Sequence record: MW825358.1
Reading direction: 5' to 3' (one strand)
Length of the DNA stretch: 64,000 nt
Under the pieces are notes generated by a model. It was not told where the DNA came from and did not search any database. It saw nothing but the letters and a program-made list of their open reading frames with translations. This document shows positions 63,606 through 64,000 of this stretch, piece after piece (the stretch's first letter is position 1; each line of letters opens with the position of its first letter). The translations under genes and the position numbers were made by a program.

Positions 63606-64000
63606 ATGTCCCGCAATGATTTGATCAACAACCCACCCACGGTATTCCGTGTGGATATCGACCCGGAACTGGCTGAGCTGACGCCGCTGTTCACCGGCTA
63701 TGTCATGGACATGGTCGCCAATATGTCCCAGCGCAATGCCGCGCGCAACATGTTCTACGAGCTGGCACAGTCAGACAACTCGATTCTGCCGGAAATGGCG
63801 CAGGATCTGGCCACCCTGACTGAATTCTGCGTGTTCACGGAAAACACCCGTCCCAACCAAATCCATTCACTCCTGCACGAGCTGGTCCAAGTCGTGGTCA
63901 ACGGCTATTTGGTGATGGCGGTGGAGAAGTTCCCCGAGCAGTTCAACCCCACTATCTCCCAGGACATGGTCAATGACCTGGAAGGTTATCTGAGCAAATA
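63606..64000 (+). CDS. hypothetical protein, truncated by the window end
   Basis: GGAG upstream; open from ATG 63606 to the end (MSRNDLINNPP..). Confidence 0.6.
   Translation, partial: MSRNDLINNPPTVFRVDIDPELAELTPLFTGYVMDMVANMSQRNAARNMFYELAQSDNSILPEMAQDLATLTEFCVFTENTRPNQIHSLLHELVQVVVNGYLVMAVEKFPEQFNPTISQDMVNDLEGYLSK

Noticed and set aside
1-64000. tRNA, rRNA, CRISPR arrays, transposons and stop-codon reassignment
   Set aside because: No TPsiC-loop cloverleafs, regularly spaced direct repeats or transposase motifs seen by eye. Conserved genes are intact and end in TAA, TGA or TAG under the standard code; the single in-frame TGA at 27334 is local

Overview
A 64-kb segment of a phiKZ-related (Chimalliviridae-like) jumbo phage genome of moderately high GC, almost entirely on the + strand. 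The right end holds the conserved phiKZ-type core block: DnaB-like helicase (-), major capsid protein, and a non-virion RNAP beta-like subunit. The left half carries DNA and nucleotide metabolism genes (ligA, recJ, thioredoxin, phoH, nrdA/nrdB), with DHFR later, among many small hypothetical genes. From 20.7 to 33.1 kb lies a large virion-appendage and glycan-attack block: a 2021-aa protein with a GTA-type TIM barrel, Calx-beta, SPRY and Ig domains; a 170-aa adaptor in frame with a 1172-aa fibre; and a GH5 endoglucanase with an inserted CBM. The most striking observation is a family of 7 paralogous ~150-aa 'anchor' domains, 5 of them in a minus-strand tandem array at 49.3-52.7 kb and 2 heading the fibre block. 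One of them ends in VYLxGLxYP-xx-stop, the same C-terminal peptide as the major capsid protein, which suggests a peptide plug-and-socket system for building appendages. Other signals: a window-wide CATA-hairpin-TATG intergenic element, a TAYAYTAY-N4-GTGTAGT promoter motif, intein-like and DUF2934-like inserts in NrdA, a secreted Ser/Asn/Gly-rich protein paired with a minimal L,D-transpeptidase, and several candidate structured RNAs. No tRNA, rRNA or CRISPR array was seen. All family assignments come from motif recognition by eye, not from database searches.
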